Positions 9,963 through 20,111 of a stretch of 64,000 nucleotides of DNA are shown piece after piece (the first letter of the stretch is position 1; every line of letters starts with the position of its first letter). The notes beneath the pieces were generated by a model. It ran no database searches, was not told where the DNA came from, and was given only the letters and a program-made list of their open reading frames with translations. A program made the translations under genes and the position numbers. This DNA is from an uncultured Bacteroidota bacterium. Its GTDB lineage: Bacteria; Bacteroidota; Bacteroidia; Flavobacteriales; Flavobacteriaceae. Location: the NCBI GenBank assembly GCA_902526075.1, contig CABZJM010000001.1, forward strand, positions 2,829 to 66,828, given 5' to 3'.

Positions 9963-10715
9963 TTGAATAATTCCTTTTTGATAGAAGATAAGTACAGAGA
10001 ATTTAGACCTGCATTAAATAAAGTAATTAATGATTTTGATTCAAAAGGTGTATTAATCAAAGGAACTAGAAATACAATCAAAAAAATTAATATTGAAAAC
10101 TTAGTCGTCAATATTAAAAGGTTTAAAAGTCCAAATATCTTTAACAAAATCGTTTATACTTTTTTTAGATCCAGCAAAGCAAATCGTTCTTATAATTATG
10201 CTAAAAAATTAATTGATAATGGCATAATGTCACCAAAGCCAATCGGTTTTTACGAATTTTTCAAATTTGGCCTTTTCTATCAAAGTTATTATGTTTCAGA
10301 AAACATTGATTATGATTATGATATGGAATTTGTTTTTAAAAATATTGATCTAGATTTCAGGGATGATATTATTAAAAAATTCACATATTTTACACATAAT
10401 CTTCACGAAAATGGAATTATGTTTTTAGATCATTCAAGAAGTAATACACTTGTAAAAAAATATGATGATGACTATAGATTTTACTTAATAGATTTAAACA
10501 GAATGAAATTTAAATCTCTTTCTGCCGAGGAAAGATTTAAAAATTTTAGAAGGTTAAAACTAAATGATAAGATTCTAGAAAAAGTGAGTAGTTTTTATTC
10601 TGAAATGGTTAATATAGAAAAGCAAATTATTTTTGATAAAATAAAGAAATACTCAGATGATTTTGAAAATGGAAGAAAATGCAGGAAAAGATTAAAGAAA
10701 TTTTTTAGATTGTAG
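9963..10715 (+). CDS. Lipopolysaccharide kinase (Kdo/WaaP) family protein
   Basis: 250 aa. Kinase-like catalytic segment FLDHSRSNTLV and YLIDLNRM. The frame opens at 9933 and the only start candidate is TTG at 9963. Confidence 0.55.
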   Translation: MNNSFLIEDKYREFRPALNKVINDFDSKGVLIKGTRNTIKKINIENLVVNIKRFKSPNIFNKIVYTFFRSSKANRSYNYAKKLIDNGIMSPKPIGFYEFFKFGLFYQSYYVSENIDYDYDMEFVFKNIDLDFRDDIIKKFTYFTHNLHENGIMFLDHSRSNTLVKKYDDDYRFYLIDLNRMKFKSLSAEERFKNFRRLKLNDKILEKVSSFYSEMVNIEKQIIFDKIKKYSDDFENGRKCRKRLKKFFRL

Positions 10716-10716
10716 A

Positions 10717-11142
10717 ATGAAAACAAAGTTTCTAGGTATTGATTATGGATTAAAAAGAACGGGACTTTCAATTACAGATACCGATAAAATTTTTTCATTT
10801 CCTTTAGAGACGGTGGATACATCAAAATTAATTATTAATCTCAAAACTTTAATTGAAAAAGAAAATATTTCAAGAATTATTATTGGTCAACCAAGGAGGT
10901 TTTCCGGTGAATATTCCGAAGTGGAAAATTCAATTATTAAATTCATTGCTTCTTTATCTAATTTCTTTGATAAAAATGAAATTTTTCGTTTTGATGAAAG
11001 GTTTAGCTCAAAAATTGCTAAGAAGTTTTTAATTTCAAGTGGAGTAAAAAAGAAATTAAGGTCGGATAAATATTTAGTCGATAAAATAAGTGCTTCTATA
11101 ATTCTTCAAGATTATTTGCAATATTTAAATATCAATTCCTAA
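10717..11142 (+). CDS. ruvX: Holliday junction resolvase-like nuclease RuvX (YqgF)
   Basis: 141 aa. N-terminal GIDYGLKRTGLS motif and C-terminal ILQDYL. Confidence 0.85.
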   Translation: MKTKFLGIDYGLKRTGLSITDTDKIFSFPLETVDTSKLIINLKTLIEKENISRIIIGQPRRFSGEYSEVENSIIKFIASLSNFFDKNEIFRFDERFSSKIAKKFLISSGVKKKLRSDKYLVDKISASIILQDYLQYLNINS

Positions 11143-11175
11143 AATTTAATATTGTAATTTTGAAAAAATTTTTTC

Positions 11176-11757
11176 ATGATATTACCCATTGTTGGTTACG
11201 GTTATCCGCTTCTTAAAAAAAGATCTGTCAATATTGACAAGAATTATCCTGATTTGAAAATATTGATAAGAGACATGTACGAGACTATGTATAATGCATC
11301 TGGTGTAGGGTTAGCTGCTCCACAAATTGGAAAAGGAATAAGACTTTTTATTATTGACACTTCTGCATTTGATAATGAGGAATTTGAATCAAATTCAGGT
11401 TTTGAAATAAAATCAGTCAAGAAAACATTTATCAACCCTGAAATTATCAATGAATCTGGGGATTTAAAATCATTTGAAGAAGGTTGTTTAAGTATACCCA
11501 GCATTAGAGAAAACATAAATAGAAAATCAGAAATCAAGATTAAGTATCAAGATGAGAATTTTAATATTTATGTGGATAGTTTTGACGGAATTGTAGCAAG
11601 GGTTATACAGCACGAATATGATCATTTGGAGGGTGTTTTATTCACTGATAAAATTTCACCTTTCAAAAAGAAATTGATTAAAGGAAAACTTAAAAATATC
11701 ACGACAGGGAAGGTGCCGGTTGATTATGTAATGAATTTCTTTAAAAGCCAGTCTTGA
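11176..11757 (+). CDS. def: Peptide deformylase
   Basis: All three deformylase motifs are present: GVGLAAPQIG, EGCLSIP and HEYDHLEG. Confidence 0.93.
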   Translation: MILPIVGYGYPLLKKRSVNIDKNYPDLKILIRDMYETMYNASGVGLAAPQIGKGIRLFIIDTSAFDNEEFESNSGFEIKSVKKTFINPEIINESGDLKSFEEGCLSIPSIRENINRKSEIKIKYQDENFNIYVDSFDGIVARVIQHEYDHLEGVLFTDKISPFKKKLIKGKLKNITTGKVPVDYVMNFFKSQS

Positions 11758-13130
11758 TTTTAAATAGTTACACAAAAGAAATTTCCTATAATTTAAAGCT
11801 ATCCTATCCAATTATTTTAGGTCTGTTAGGTCATACACTTGTAGGTATGATTGACAACATAATGGTTGGTAAATTGGACCCCACGAATCTAGCGGCTGTT
11901 TCATTGGGTAATAGTTTTATTTTCATAGCCATGTCAATCGGGATTGGCTTCTCTGCAGCAATCACTCCAGTTGTTGCAGAAGCTCATAGTAGGAACGATA
12001 ACAATGATCTGAGGAAATCATTTGTAAATGGTTATTTAATGTGTTTGATTTTGGGGGTCTTTCTTTATCTAGCTATTTTATTACTTAAGCCATTACTTTT
12101 TATGTTAGACCAACCGGCTAATGTTGTTGATTTAGCAATACCTTACCTTGATATAGTTGCTGCTTCACTCGTACCTCTTTTAATGTTTCAGGCTCTTAAA
12201 CAATATAGTGATGGTCTGTCATTAACTGCGAATTCCATGTACGCAACTTTATTAGCTAATATTATTAATGTAATTGTAAATTATGTTTTGATATTTGGGA
12301 AATTTGGTTTTCCCGCTTTAGGAATAATAGGTGCAGCTATAGGGACTTTAACATCCAGAATAATTATGTTTTCTTTTTTATTCCTTTTGCTTTTCAAAAA
12401 AAATATAATTAAAAATTACATTTTAGAAATATTAAAATTTGTTGTAGATAAGATTATGATAAAGAAGATTCTTTCTTTGGGCTTCCCAACTTCTCTACAG
12501 ATGTTGTTTGAGGTGGGTATTTTTACCGCGGCTATTTGGTTAAGTGGTTTACTTGGTGAAATTACACAATCAGCGAACCAAATTGTATTGAATATATCTT
12601 CGATGACTTTCATGATTGCTAGTGGTTTGAGCGTAAGTGCAGCAATTAGATCTGGTAATCAAAAGGGACTTAGTAATTACAAGGAGCTCAAAAGAATATC
12701 TTTATCAATTTTATTCCTTGGAATTTTATTAGCCTTTATTTTCTCCATATTAATTTTTATTTTCAGAGAATATCTCCCATACATATACATAGATATTACG
12801 GATGCATATAATTATGAAAAAAATATTATGATTGTCGAAAAATCTGCAAAGCTATTTATCATAGTAGCCTTATTTCAACTTTTTGACAGTGCCCAAGTCA
12901 TAATATTAGGAGCCTTGAGGGGTATGCAAGATGTAAAAATTCCAACGTTAATAGTTTTTATTGCATATTGGATTATCGGTTTCCCAATAAGCTATTATTT
13001 TGGAGACAACAATCAGTTTCAGGAAACAGGAATATGGGTGGGCCTATTGTGTGGTCTTTTGTTTTCTGCTGTTTTTTTATATTTAAGATTCAATTTCCTA
13101 ACAAATAAAATGATAAACAGTTTTGAATAG
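11754..13130 (+). CDS. MATE family efflux transporter
   Basis: 458 aa, 12-TM-like hydrophobic profile, MATE-like N-terminus (LKLSYPIILGLLGHTLVGMIDNIMVGKL). The TTG start overlaps the def stop by 4 nt. Confidence 0.85.
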   Translation: MILNSYTKEISYNLKLSYPIILGLLGHTLVGMIDNIMVGKLDPTNLAAVSLGNSFIFIAMSIGIGFSAAITPVVAEAHSRNDNNDLRKSFVNGYLMCLILGVFLYLAILLLKPLLFMLDQPANVVDLAIPYLDIVAASLVPLLMFQALKQYSDGLSLTANSMYATLLANIINVIVNYVLIFGKFGFPALGIIGAAIGTLTSRIIMFSFLFLLLFKKNIIKNYILEILKFVVDKIMIKKILSLGFPTSLQMLFEVGIFTAAIWLSGLLGEITQSANQIVLNISSMTFMIASGLSVSAAIRSGNQKGLSNYKELKRISLSILFLGILLAFIFSILIFIFREYLPYIYIDITDAYNYEKNIMIVEKSAKLFIIVALFQLFDSAQVIILGALRGMQDVKIPTLIVFIAYWIIGFPISYYFGDNNQFQETGIWVGLLCGLLFSAVFLYLRFNFLTNKMINSFE

Positions 13131-13695
13131 AATAAAACAAATTGATACCGAAATATTGATTTATCTAAATAATCTGGGTAGTGAAACTTGGGATCCGCTA
13201 TGGATTGCAATAACAAATAAGTTCACGTTTATTCCGATGTTCATTTTTCTTATTTATCTACTTTATAAAAAAAATGGGATTAATGGGTTACTTATAATAT
13301 TGTTTTTTGTCGCGTTATTAATATTGTTCACTGATCAATTTACAAATCTTGTAAAAGATTCAACACAAAGATTGAGGCCTTGTAGAATTGACGACTTACA
13401 AAATTTATTAAGAGATATTAATATAAGGTGTGGAAAATATGGGTTCTTTTCAGCTCACGCTGCAAATTCTGTTGCGGTTACAATTTTCGTTTTAAATTGC
13501 CTAAACCAATCTGTTAAAAAGTATTTCAAACCAATATTAATAGTATGGGTAATAATTTTTTCATATAGTAGAATCTACTTGGGTGTTCATTATCCCCTTG
13601 ATATACTATTTGGTTTAACTTTCGGTTTGTTTTCGGGTTTACTATTTAAATATTTATATAATTTTTTTAAATCTCAGAAAGAATTTTCTGGCTAG
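13123..13695 (+). CDS. PAP2-family phosphatase (undecaprenyl-diphosphatase/phosphatidic acid phosphatase type)
   Basis: Acid-phosphatase motifs KDSTQRLRP, SAHAANS and SRIYLGVHYPLD. The TTG start overlaps the MATE gene end. Confidence 0.75.
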   Translation: MNRIKQIDTEILIYLNNLGSETWDPLWIAITNKFTFIPMFIFLIYLLYKKNGINGLLIILFFVALLILFTDQFTNLVKDSTQRLRPCRIDDLQNLLRDINIRCGKYGFFSAHAANSVAVTIFVLNCLNQSVKKYFKPILIVWVIIFSYSRIYLGVHYPLDILFGLTFGLFSGLLFKYLYNFFKSQKEFSG

Positions 13696-14650
13696 CTTCG
13701 AATATTGAAATTTTTTGTTCTTCAATTTTCTTAATCAAATTATCCAGTTTCAATTTTACAGATTTCCTATTAAAAAATGATTTCCTTAGAGAATAATCTA
13801 TAATTTGAAGCAACCACGATTTGTTTTGATTTACTCTATTTTCATAAAAATAATTATTCTTTTTAGTTAAGCTCACATAATCATTAATGCAATACCATAT
13901 GTCTGCTAAACCATCTCCTGTTATACTACTACAGGTCAATACCTGGGGATTCCAATTAGATTTTTTCTTAGGAAATAATTGTAATGCGAGCTTAAATTCA
14001 TTTTTTGCCTTTATGGAATTTTCCACATTATTACCATCGCACTTATTTATTGCTATTAAATCTGACATTTCAATAATTCCTCTTTTTATACCCTGCAATT
14101 CATCTCCAGAACCGGAGATTTTTAATAACAAAAAGAAATCTACCATTTCTGCTACACTAATTTCGTTTTGACCAACACCAACTGTTTCAATTAAAATAAT
14201 ATCATATCCAGCTGATTCACATAAAAAAATTGACTCACGTGTATTTTTTCCAACTCCACCCTGAAAATTTGAGGCTGGACTAGGTCTTATAAACACATCT
14301 TTTTTAGAAGATAATGTTTCCATTCTTGTCTTATCTCCCAATATACTGCCCTTAGTAAGACTGCTAGATGGATCTATGGTTAAGACAGCTAATTTTAACC
14401 CTAAATCAGTTATATGATTTCCAAAAGACTCAATAAATGTACTTTTTCCAGCCCCTGGCACACCAGTTATACCTATTCTTATCGAATTGTTATTTTTGTT
14501 TTTTAGCTTTACTAGGATTTTATTTGCTAATTCCTGGTCGGAATCAATATTGCTTTCAGAAAGAGTAATCGCTTTAGATAATGCCGTTATACTTCCTTTT
14601 TTGATTTGATCACAAATTTCTTTGGGATTGATATTTCTTTTATTATTCAA
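13667..14650 (-). CDS. meaB: Methylmalonyl-CoA mutase-associated GTPase MeaB (ArgK family)
   Basis: 327 aa. P-loop GITGVPGAGKST, ETVGVGQ and NKCD motifs. Confidence 0.85.
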   Translation of the reverse strand: MNNKRNINPKEICDQIKKGSITALSKAITLSESNIDSDQELANKILVKLKNKNNNSIRIGITGVPGAGKSTFIESFGNHITDLGLKLAVLTIDPSSSLTKGSILGDKTRMETLSSKKDVFIRPSPASNFQGGVGKNTRESIFLCESAGYDIILIETVGVGQNEISVAEMVDFFLLLKISGSGDELQGIKRGIIEMSDLIAINKCDGNNVENSIKAKNEFKLALQLFPKKKSNWNPQVLTCSSITGDGLADIWYCINDYVSLTKKNNYFYENRVNQNKSWLLQIIDYSLRKSFFNRKSVKLKLDNLIKKIEEQKISIFEASQKILSEI

Positions 14651-14656
14651 AATTGG

Positions 14657-17600
14657 TTAATTATTTTTAGTTATTAACCAATCACCACCTGCAATTAATT
14701 TTTCAGCATGTTTGAATTTTAAAGTTTTAATTTCCCCATTTTTTATGTTTTTTATTGTAACCTTATCGTTTCTACCAACTTTTGGTTGAGTTCTAACAAT
14801 AGTTTCAATTGGACCGTTAGATTGTCTGTTTGTAACTACTCTATTTCTTTGCCTTAGCTCTTCGGTATTTGGTATCTCCTCTTTAGAAGTGTTTACATTA
14901 AGTGGTTTTTTTGATGTTGCCTGCTGAACATCTCTGTTATTGTTCGTAGCTATTTCAGCCTTGAATAAAAATGATAATATTTCTTTGTTAACTGAGTCAA
15001 TTAGCGATTTAAATAATTCAAAGGCTTCAAATTTATAGATTAATAGTGGATCTTTTTGCTCATGAACAGCAAGTTGAACGGATTGTTTCAGTTCATCCAT
15101 TTTTCTTAAATGTGTTTTCCATGAATTGTCAAGAATAGCTAGGGAAATATTTTTTTCAAAGTCAGTGACCAACTGATTTCCGTTCGAATTATATGCTTTT
15201 TCCAAATCTGTTATGACTTGAAGATTTTTAATTCCATCGGTAAAAGGAACAACTATCCTTTTGAATTTTTCCCTTTGTTTTTCATAAACATGTTTAATTA
15301 CAGGATATGCAAGTTTTGCATTATTTTCAATTTTACTCAGATAGTGATTTAAAACAACAGTATAAACCTTATCGATAATATCATTTTCCTTCAATGACTC
15401 AAATGACTCAGCATTAATGTCGGTAGTCACAGAAAAATACTTAATTAGCTCAAATTCAAAGTTTTTATAATCGTTTGCAACTTTGTTTACATAAACTATA
15501 TTTTCACAAGTATCATATATCATATTAGAAATATCTATTCTTAGTCTTTCTCCAAACAAAGAATTGTTACGCCTTCTGTATATAACTTCCCTCTGTGCAT
15601 TCATTACATCATCATACTCAAGTAATCTTTTTCTGATTCCAAAATTATTTTCTTCGACTTTTTTCTGTGCCCTTTCAATTGAATTAGTAATCATGGAATG
15701 TTGTATGACCTCACCTTCTTCAAGTCCCATTCTGTCCATCATTTTAGCGATTCTTTCCGTTCCGAATAATCTCATCAAATTATCTTCTAAGGAAACATAA
15801 AATTGAGAGCTTCCAGGATCACCTTGTCTTCCAGATCTACCTCTTAGCTGTCTGTCAACCCTTCTAGAGTCATGTCTTTCTGTACCAATTATTGCTAAAC
15901 CTCCGCTCTCTTTTACAGCTTCGGAAAGTTTAATATCAGTACCACGACCAGCCATATTTGTAGCAATGGTAACTTGGCCAGGTTTTCCTGCTTCAGCAAC
16001 TATATCAGATTCTTTTTTGTGGAGCTTTGCATTTAAAATATTATGTGGAATTTTTCTGATTTTTAGCATTCTTCCCAGAAGTTCACTGATCTCTACAGAT
16101 GTTGTTCCTATAAGAACTGGTCTCCCGCCTCTAGATAGCTCTGTTACTTCGTCTATGACTGAATTATATTTTTCCCTTTTAGTTTTATAAACTAAATCTT
16201 CCCTGTCACTTCTTTGAATTGGTCTATTTGTTGGGATTTCCATTACATCAAGTTTATAAATTTCCCAGAATTCGCCTGCTTCAGTAATTGCAGTACCAGT
16301 CATGCCAGAAAGCTTATTATACATCCTGAAGTAATTTTGTAATGTTATTGTCGCAAATGTTTGAGTAGCAGCCTCAATTTTCACATTTTCCTTAGCTTCA
16401 ATTGCTTGGTGTAAACCGTCACTATATCTTCTCCCGTCCATAATTCTTCCTGTTTGTTCATCAACAATCATTACTTTGTTTTCCATTACTACATACTGAA
16501 TATCTTTTTCGAACAATGCATAAGCTTTAAGAAGCTGGTTTATTGTGTGAATTCTTTCTGATTTAATAGTAAAATCCCTGTATAATTCATCTTTTTCTTT
16601 TGCCTCATCCTCCTTAGAAAGACCTTTATTCTCAATTTTTGATATCTCTATTCCTATTTCAGGCATTATAAAGAAATCTGGATCATCCTTTCCCGATAAA
16701 AATTCTATTCCTTTGTCTGTTAAATCTATTTGATTATTTTTTTCGTCAATCACATAATAGAGTTCCTTATCAACTTTTGGCATTTCTCTATTATTATCTT
16801 GCATGTAAAAGTTTTCCGTTTTTTGTAATAGTTGTTTTACACCTTCTTCACTCAAATATTTTATTAGAGCTTTATTTTTTGGGATACCTCTAAAGACCCT
16901 TAACAGATTAAATGACCCTTTTTCTTCTTCCCCAGAGCTAATTTGATTTTTTGCATCTGCCAACGTATTAACAAGTAATTTTCTTTGTGTTGAAACAATT
17001 CGCTCAATCTTGGGTTTTAGCTCATTAAACTCGTGTTTATCACCTTTTGGTATAGCTCCAGAAATAATAAGTGGAGTTCTTGCATCATCAATCAAAACAG
17101 AGTCAACCTCGTCAACAATAGCAAAATTGTGTTTTCTTTGGACCAAATCATCAGGTGAATTTGCCATATTATCTCTTAAATAGTCAAAACCAAATTCATT
17201 ATTGGTACCATATGTAATATCAGAATTATACGCTTTTTTTCTCTCCACAGAATTTGGTTTGTGATAATCAATACAATCCACACTTAATCCGTGAAATTCA
17301 AATATAGGTGACATCCAAGCACTGTCTCTTTTTGCTAAATAATCGTTAACGGTAACCAGATGTACTCCTCTTCCGGTCAGTGCGTTTAAGTATACAGGCA
17401 ATGTTGCTACTAGCGTTTTACCTTCACCTGTTTGCATTTCGGCAATTTTTCCCTGATGCATGGCAACTCCTCCAACTAGTTGAACATCATAATGAATCAT
17501 GTCCCAAACAATGCTTTTACCCGCGGCATCCCATGTATTTTTCCAATAGGATTTATTATTTTTTATTGTAATATAATCTTTGTTAGAGGAAAGCTCCAAG

Positions 17601-18004
17601 TCATAATCATTAGTTTTAACAACAATCTCTTTGTTCTCTACAAATCTCTTCGCAGTTTCCTTTACGACAGCAAATGCTTTTGGAAGTATTTTATTCAGTG
17701 TTTCTTCACTTATCTTATATGCATCTTCATTTAACTTATCAATTTTATTGAAAAGCTCTTCCTTTTTATCAAAATCATTTATATCGTTAATTTCATTTTT
17801 AATTCTTTCTATCTCCAGGTTAATTTCAGAGGTGGCATTATGAATCTCTTTCTTAAATATTAAAGTTTGATTTCTTAATTCATCATTTGATAAGCCATTC
17901 ATTTCCTGATCAAAAGAGTGGATTTCCTCGATAATGGGATTAATAAGTTTTAAATCTTTTTTTGATTTATCTCCTACAAATAGTTTAAGAATTTTTCCTA
18001 GCAT
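14657..18004 (-). CDS. secA: Preprotein translocase ATPase SecA
   Basis: 1115 aa. MLGKILKLFVGDKSKKDLK N-terminus, MQTGEGKTL Walker A, DEVDSVLIDDARTPLIISG, TNMAGRGTDI. Confidence 0.97.
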   Translation of the reverse strand: MLGKILKLFVGDKSKKDLKLINPIIEEIHSFDQEMNGLSNDELRNQTLIFKKEIHNATSEINLEIERIKNEINDINDFDKKEELFNKIDKLNEDAYKISEETLNKILPKAFAVVKETAKRFVENKEIVVKTNDYDLELSSNKDYITIKNNKSYWKNTWDAAGKSIVWDMIHYDVQLVGGVAMHQGKIAEMQTGEGKTLVATLPVYLNALTGRGVHLVTVNDYLAKRDSAWMSPIFEFHGLSVDCIDYHKPNSVERKKAYNSDITYGTNNEFGFDYLRDNMANSPDDLVQRKHNFAIVDEVDSVLIDDARTPLIISGAIPKGDKHEFNELKPKIERIVSTQRKLLVNTLADAKNQISSGEEEKGSFNLLRVFRGIPKNKALIKYLSEEGVKQLLQKTENFYMQDNNREMPKVDKELYYVIDEKNNQIDLTDKGIEFLSGKDDPDFFIMPEIGIEISKIENKGLSKEDEAKEKDELYRDFTIKSERIHTINQLLKAYALFEKDIQYVVMENKVMIVDEQTGRIMDGRRYSDGLHQAIEAKENVKIEAATQTFATITLQNYFRMYNKLSGMTGTAITEAGEFWEIYKLDVMEIPTNRPIQRSDREDLVYKTKREKYNSVIDEVTELSRGGRPVLIGTTSVEISELLGRMLKIRKIPHNILNAKLHKKESDIVAEAGKPGQVTIATNMAGRGTDIKLSEAVKESGGLAIIGTERHDSRRVDRQLRGRSGRQGDPGSSQFYVSLEDNLMRLFGTERIAKMMDRMGLEEGEVIQHSMITNSIERAQKKVEENNFGIRKRLLEYDDVMNAQREVIYRRRNNSLFGERLRIDISNMIYDTCENIVYVNKVANDYKNFEFELIKYFSVTTDINAESFESLKENDIIDKVYTVVLNHYLSKIENNAKLAYPVIKHVYEKQREKFKRIVVPFTDGIKNLQVITDLEKAYNSNGNQLVTDFEKNISLAILDNSWKTHLRKMDELKQSVQLAVHEQKDPLLIYKFEAFELFKSLIDSVNKEILSFLFKAEIATNNNRDVQQATSKKPLNVNTSKEEIPNTEELRQRNRVVTNRQSNGPIETIVRTQPKVGRNDKVTIKNIKNGEIKTLKFKHAEKLIAGGDWLITKNN

Positions 18005-18101
18005 TAGTTTAGATAATTACTATTTAAATCAGGTTAAATATACGACATGTTTGTCTATTTTAATTAAGAAAACTGTATAAGAAAGTGTTAAATAAAAATG
18101 G

Positions 18102-18119
18102 GATGAATTAATATTCATC
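18102..18119 (-). terminator. Weak candidate intrinsic terminator for the DUF2795 gene
   Basis: Inverted repeat gatgaat-taat-attcatc spans the stop codon. On the minus strand it is followed by CCATTTTTATTT. The stem is only 7 bp with 2 GC pairs. Confidence 0.25.
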
Positions 18120-18329
18120 TTCGTTCCAAAGGTAATCCTCATCGGTAGGGTAGTCAGACCAAATTTCTTGAATGGATTCGTATAAATCTCCTTCGTCTTC
18201 AATTGCTTGAAGGTTTTCTACAACTTCTAGCGGAGCCCCAGTTCTAATTGAATAATCAATCAATTCATCTTTTGTAGCTGGCCAAGGAGCGTCACTTAAA
18301 TAAGATGCTAGTTCTAGTGTCCAATACAT
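18108..18329 (-). CDS. DUF2795 domain-containing small acidic protein
   Basis: 73 aa. WPATKDELIDYSIRTGAP matches my recollection of the DUF2795 pattern. Confidence 0.6.
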   Translation of the reverse strand: MYWTLELASYLSDAPWPATKDELIDYSIRTGAPLEVVENLQAIEDEGDLYESIQEIWSDYPTDEDYLWNEDEY

Positions 18330-18411
18330 GATTAATTACTTTTTTTTGCAAAAATAATTTTTTATAGGAATTACACAAGAATTTGTTAAAATATTAATCT
18401 AAAACATATAA

Positions 18412-18948
18412 TTACCAGTGAGTCTCCTCGATATTATCAGAGTGTTTGATATGTCTGCTTAACACGAAAAAAAAGTCTGAAAGTCTGTTAATATATGATA
18501 AAATGTATGGGTTTATCTTATAATTATTATTTAATTCTGAGATTCTTCGCTCGGCTCTTCTACAAATTGATCTACAAACGTGACAATATGATGAAACCTT
18601 GTGTCCCCCCGGTATAATAAAATTTTTTAGTTTGGGTAGTTGATCATTCATATTGTCAATATTTGATTCTATATCTTCAACATCTTTTTTCTCAATATTA
18701 ACCTTTTCTGGCATATTTTGATTTTCAGCTGATGCTAACAGTGAACCGATAGAAAAAAGTTTAAGCTGAATATTATTCAAAACAACTGTTATTTTATCAT
18801 CCTTTATATAATCTTTTAACAAACCTGTAAAAGAGTTGAGTTCATCAATTGTTCCATATGCATCAACAGACAAGTTATGTTTATCGACAACTTTTCCACC
18901 TATTAATGAAGTTTTTCCTTTATCACCTTTTTTTGAATAAATTTTCAT
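18412..18948 (-). CDS. PduO-type ATP:cob(I)alamin adenosyltransferase
   Basis: 178 aa. N-terminus MKIYSKKGDKGKTSLIGG plus YGTIDELNS and CRRAERR motifs. Confidence 0.85.
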   Translation of the reverse strand: MKIYSKKGDKGKTSLIGGKVVDKHNLSVDAYGTIDELNSFTGLLKDYIKDDKITVVLNNIQLKLFSIGSLLASAENQNMPEKVNIEKKDVEDIESNIDNMNDQLPKLKNFIIPGGHKVSSYCHVCRSICRRAERRISELNNNYKINPYILSYINRLSDFFFVLSRHIKHSDNIEETHW

Positions 18949-20111
18949 TGTATAGTTTTATTGATTTGATACACTAAAAATGAGTATCTGATTAAAAGAG
19001 CAACAAATATTGGCAATAAAGTTAAATTATATTTTTGAACTCCTGTAAACCAATGTAAAAACAAGAGGATAATCAGTATAATTAATAATTTGATATATCC
19101 AATGGACCAATAAGGTATTTTATTTTTATAAATTGCTAATATTAGAGCAAAATTAAAGGGAAAAGCCCATAGAAAATTGAAATTTTGAGCTCCGGCAAAA
19201 TGATTACTAAAGAACCATAGATAAATAATTAAAATTCCTATTGACGCTGAAATTAAAAAAATTAAAGTATCTAAGCTTTTATTCCATTTATTACTTTTAA
19301 AATTAGATATTGTAATAACGACTATTATTAAAGATAAAATGAGATTTATTAGTAGGGGAGACGGTACATTTTCAAAATAACTATTATCCGATTCAGGACT
19401 GTAAATAATGTTTCTTTTTATAATATCCCCTTTATATAAGTCCAAATAGTTCATTAAATTTTCAGGAAGAAAAAATGTTTCTCTGGTTTTGATTTTTTTA
19501 TCAATTATTGCCCCCAAGCATAAATCAATACCTAGTGCTGCCCATGAATTTTCATTTATTTTTCCGTGAATAAGTTCCCTGTAACTAAGAGTGTCTTCAG
19601 AGTATAGTTTTTCATTTTTAAATTTATTATTTGTTTTATCAATAACAATGTCAGCCGCTCTGGTTGTACAATTATCCCTGAAATAATCGTATATGTAATA
19701 TGGGTCATTTAATTTTTCAACCAATAAATCAATTATTATTTTAATTGAATTTTGATCAAGATTTAGCTGATGCTCAACTATATATCTTTTTTGTCTAATA
19801 TAATTTTGGGTAAGATCGTAGTAATTTTGTATGCCCAGTTTATACTCAGGTCTACCTTTAACAAAGTTTGAATAAAAGTTTGGTGAATTAAAATCATAAA
19901 CGCCAAAATTAAATACCACATCATTTTTTAACTCTTCATCTTTAACCCTTATTGCTGTATGTCCAAATGCATCGACTAAACTAGGTCCTTCTCCAATCGA
20001 TAGAATACTTATTTTGTAACGATTTTTATTCTCTAATTCATAGGCATTAATAGTAATTGAAAAAAACATTAATAACAGTGCAAAAAGGATGTTTATGTAA
20101 GTTTTATTCAT
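18945..20111 (-). CDS. DUF4105 (Lnb N-terminal periplasmic domain) protein with C-terminal multi-TM region
   Basis: 388 aa. Signal peptide, GHTAIRV motif, and a hydrophobic C-terminal third. Its stop overlaps the PduO start as ATGA. Confidence 0.6.
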   Translation of the reverse strand: MNKTYINILFALLLMFFSITINAYELENKNRYKISILSIGEGPSLVDAFGHTAIRVKDEELKNDVVFNFGVYDFNSPNFYSNFVKGRPEYKLGIQNYYDLTQNYIRQKRYIVEHQLNLDQNSIKIIIDLLVEKLNDPYYIYDYFRDNCTTRAADIVIDKTNNKFKNEKLYSEDTLSYRELIHGKINENSWAALGIDLCLGAIIDKKIKTRETFFLPENLMNYLDLYKGDIIKRNIIYSPESDNSYFENVPSPLLINLILSLIIVVITISNFKSNKWNKSLDTLIFLISASIGILIIYLWFFSNHFAGAQNFNFLWAFPFNFALILAIYKNKIPYWSIGYIKLLIILIILLFLHWFTGVQKYNLTLLPIFVALLIRYSFLVYQINKTIQ

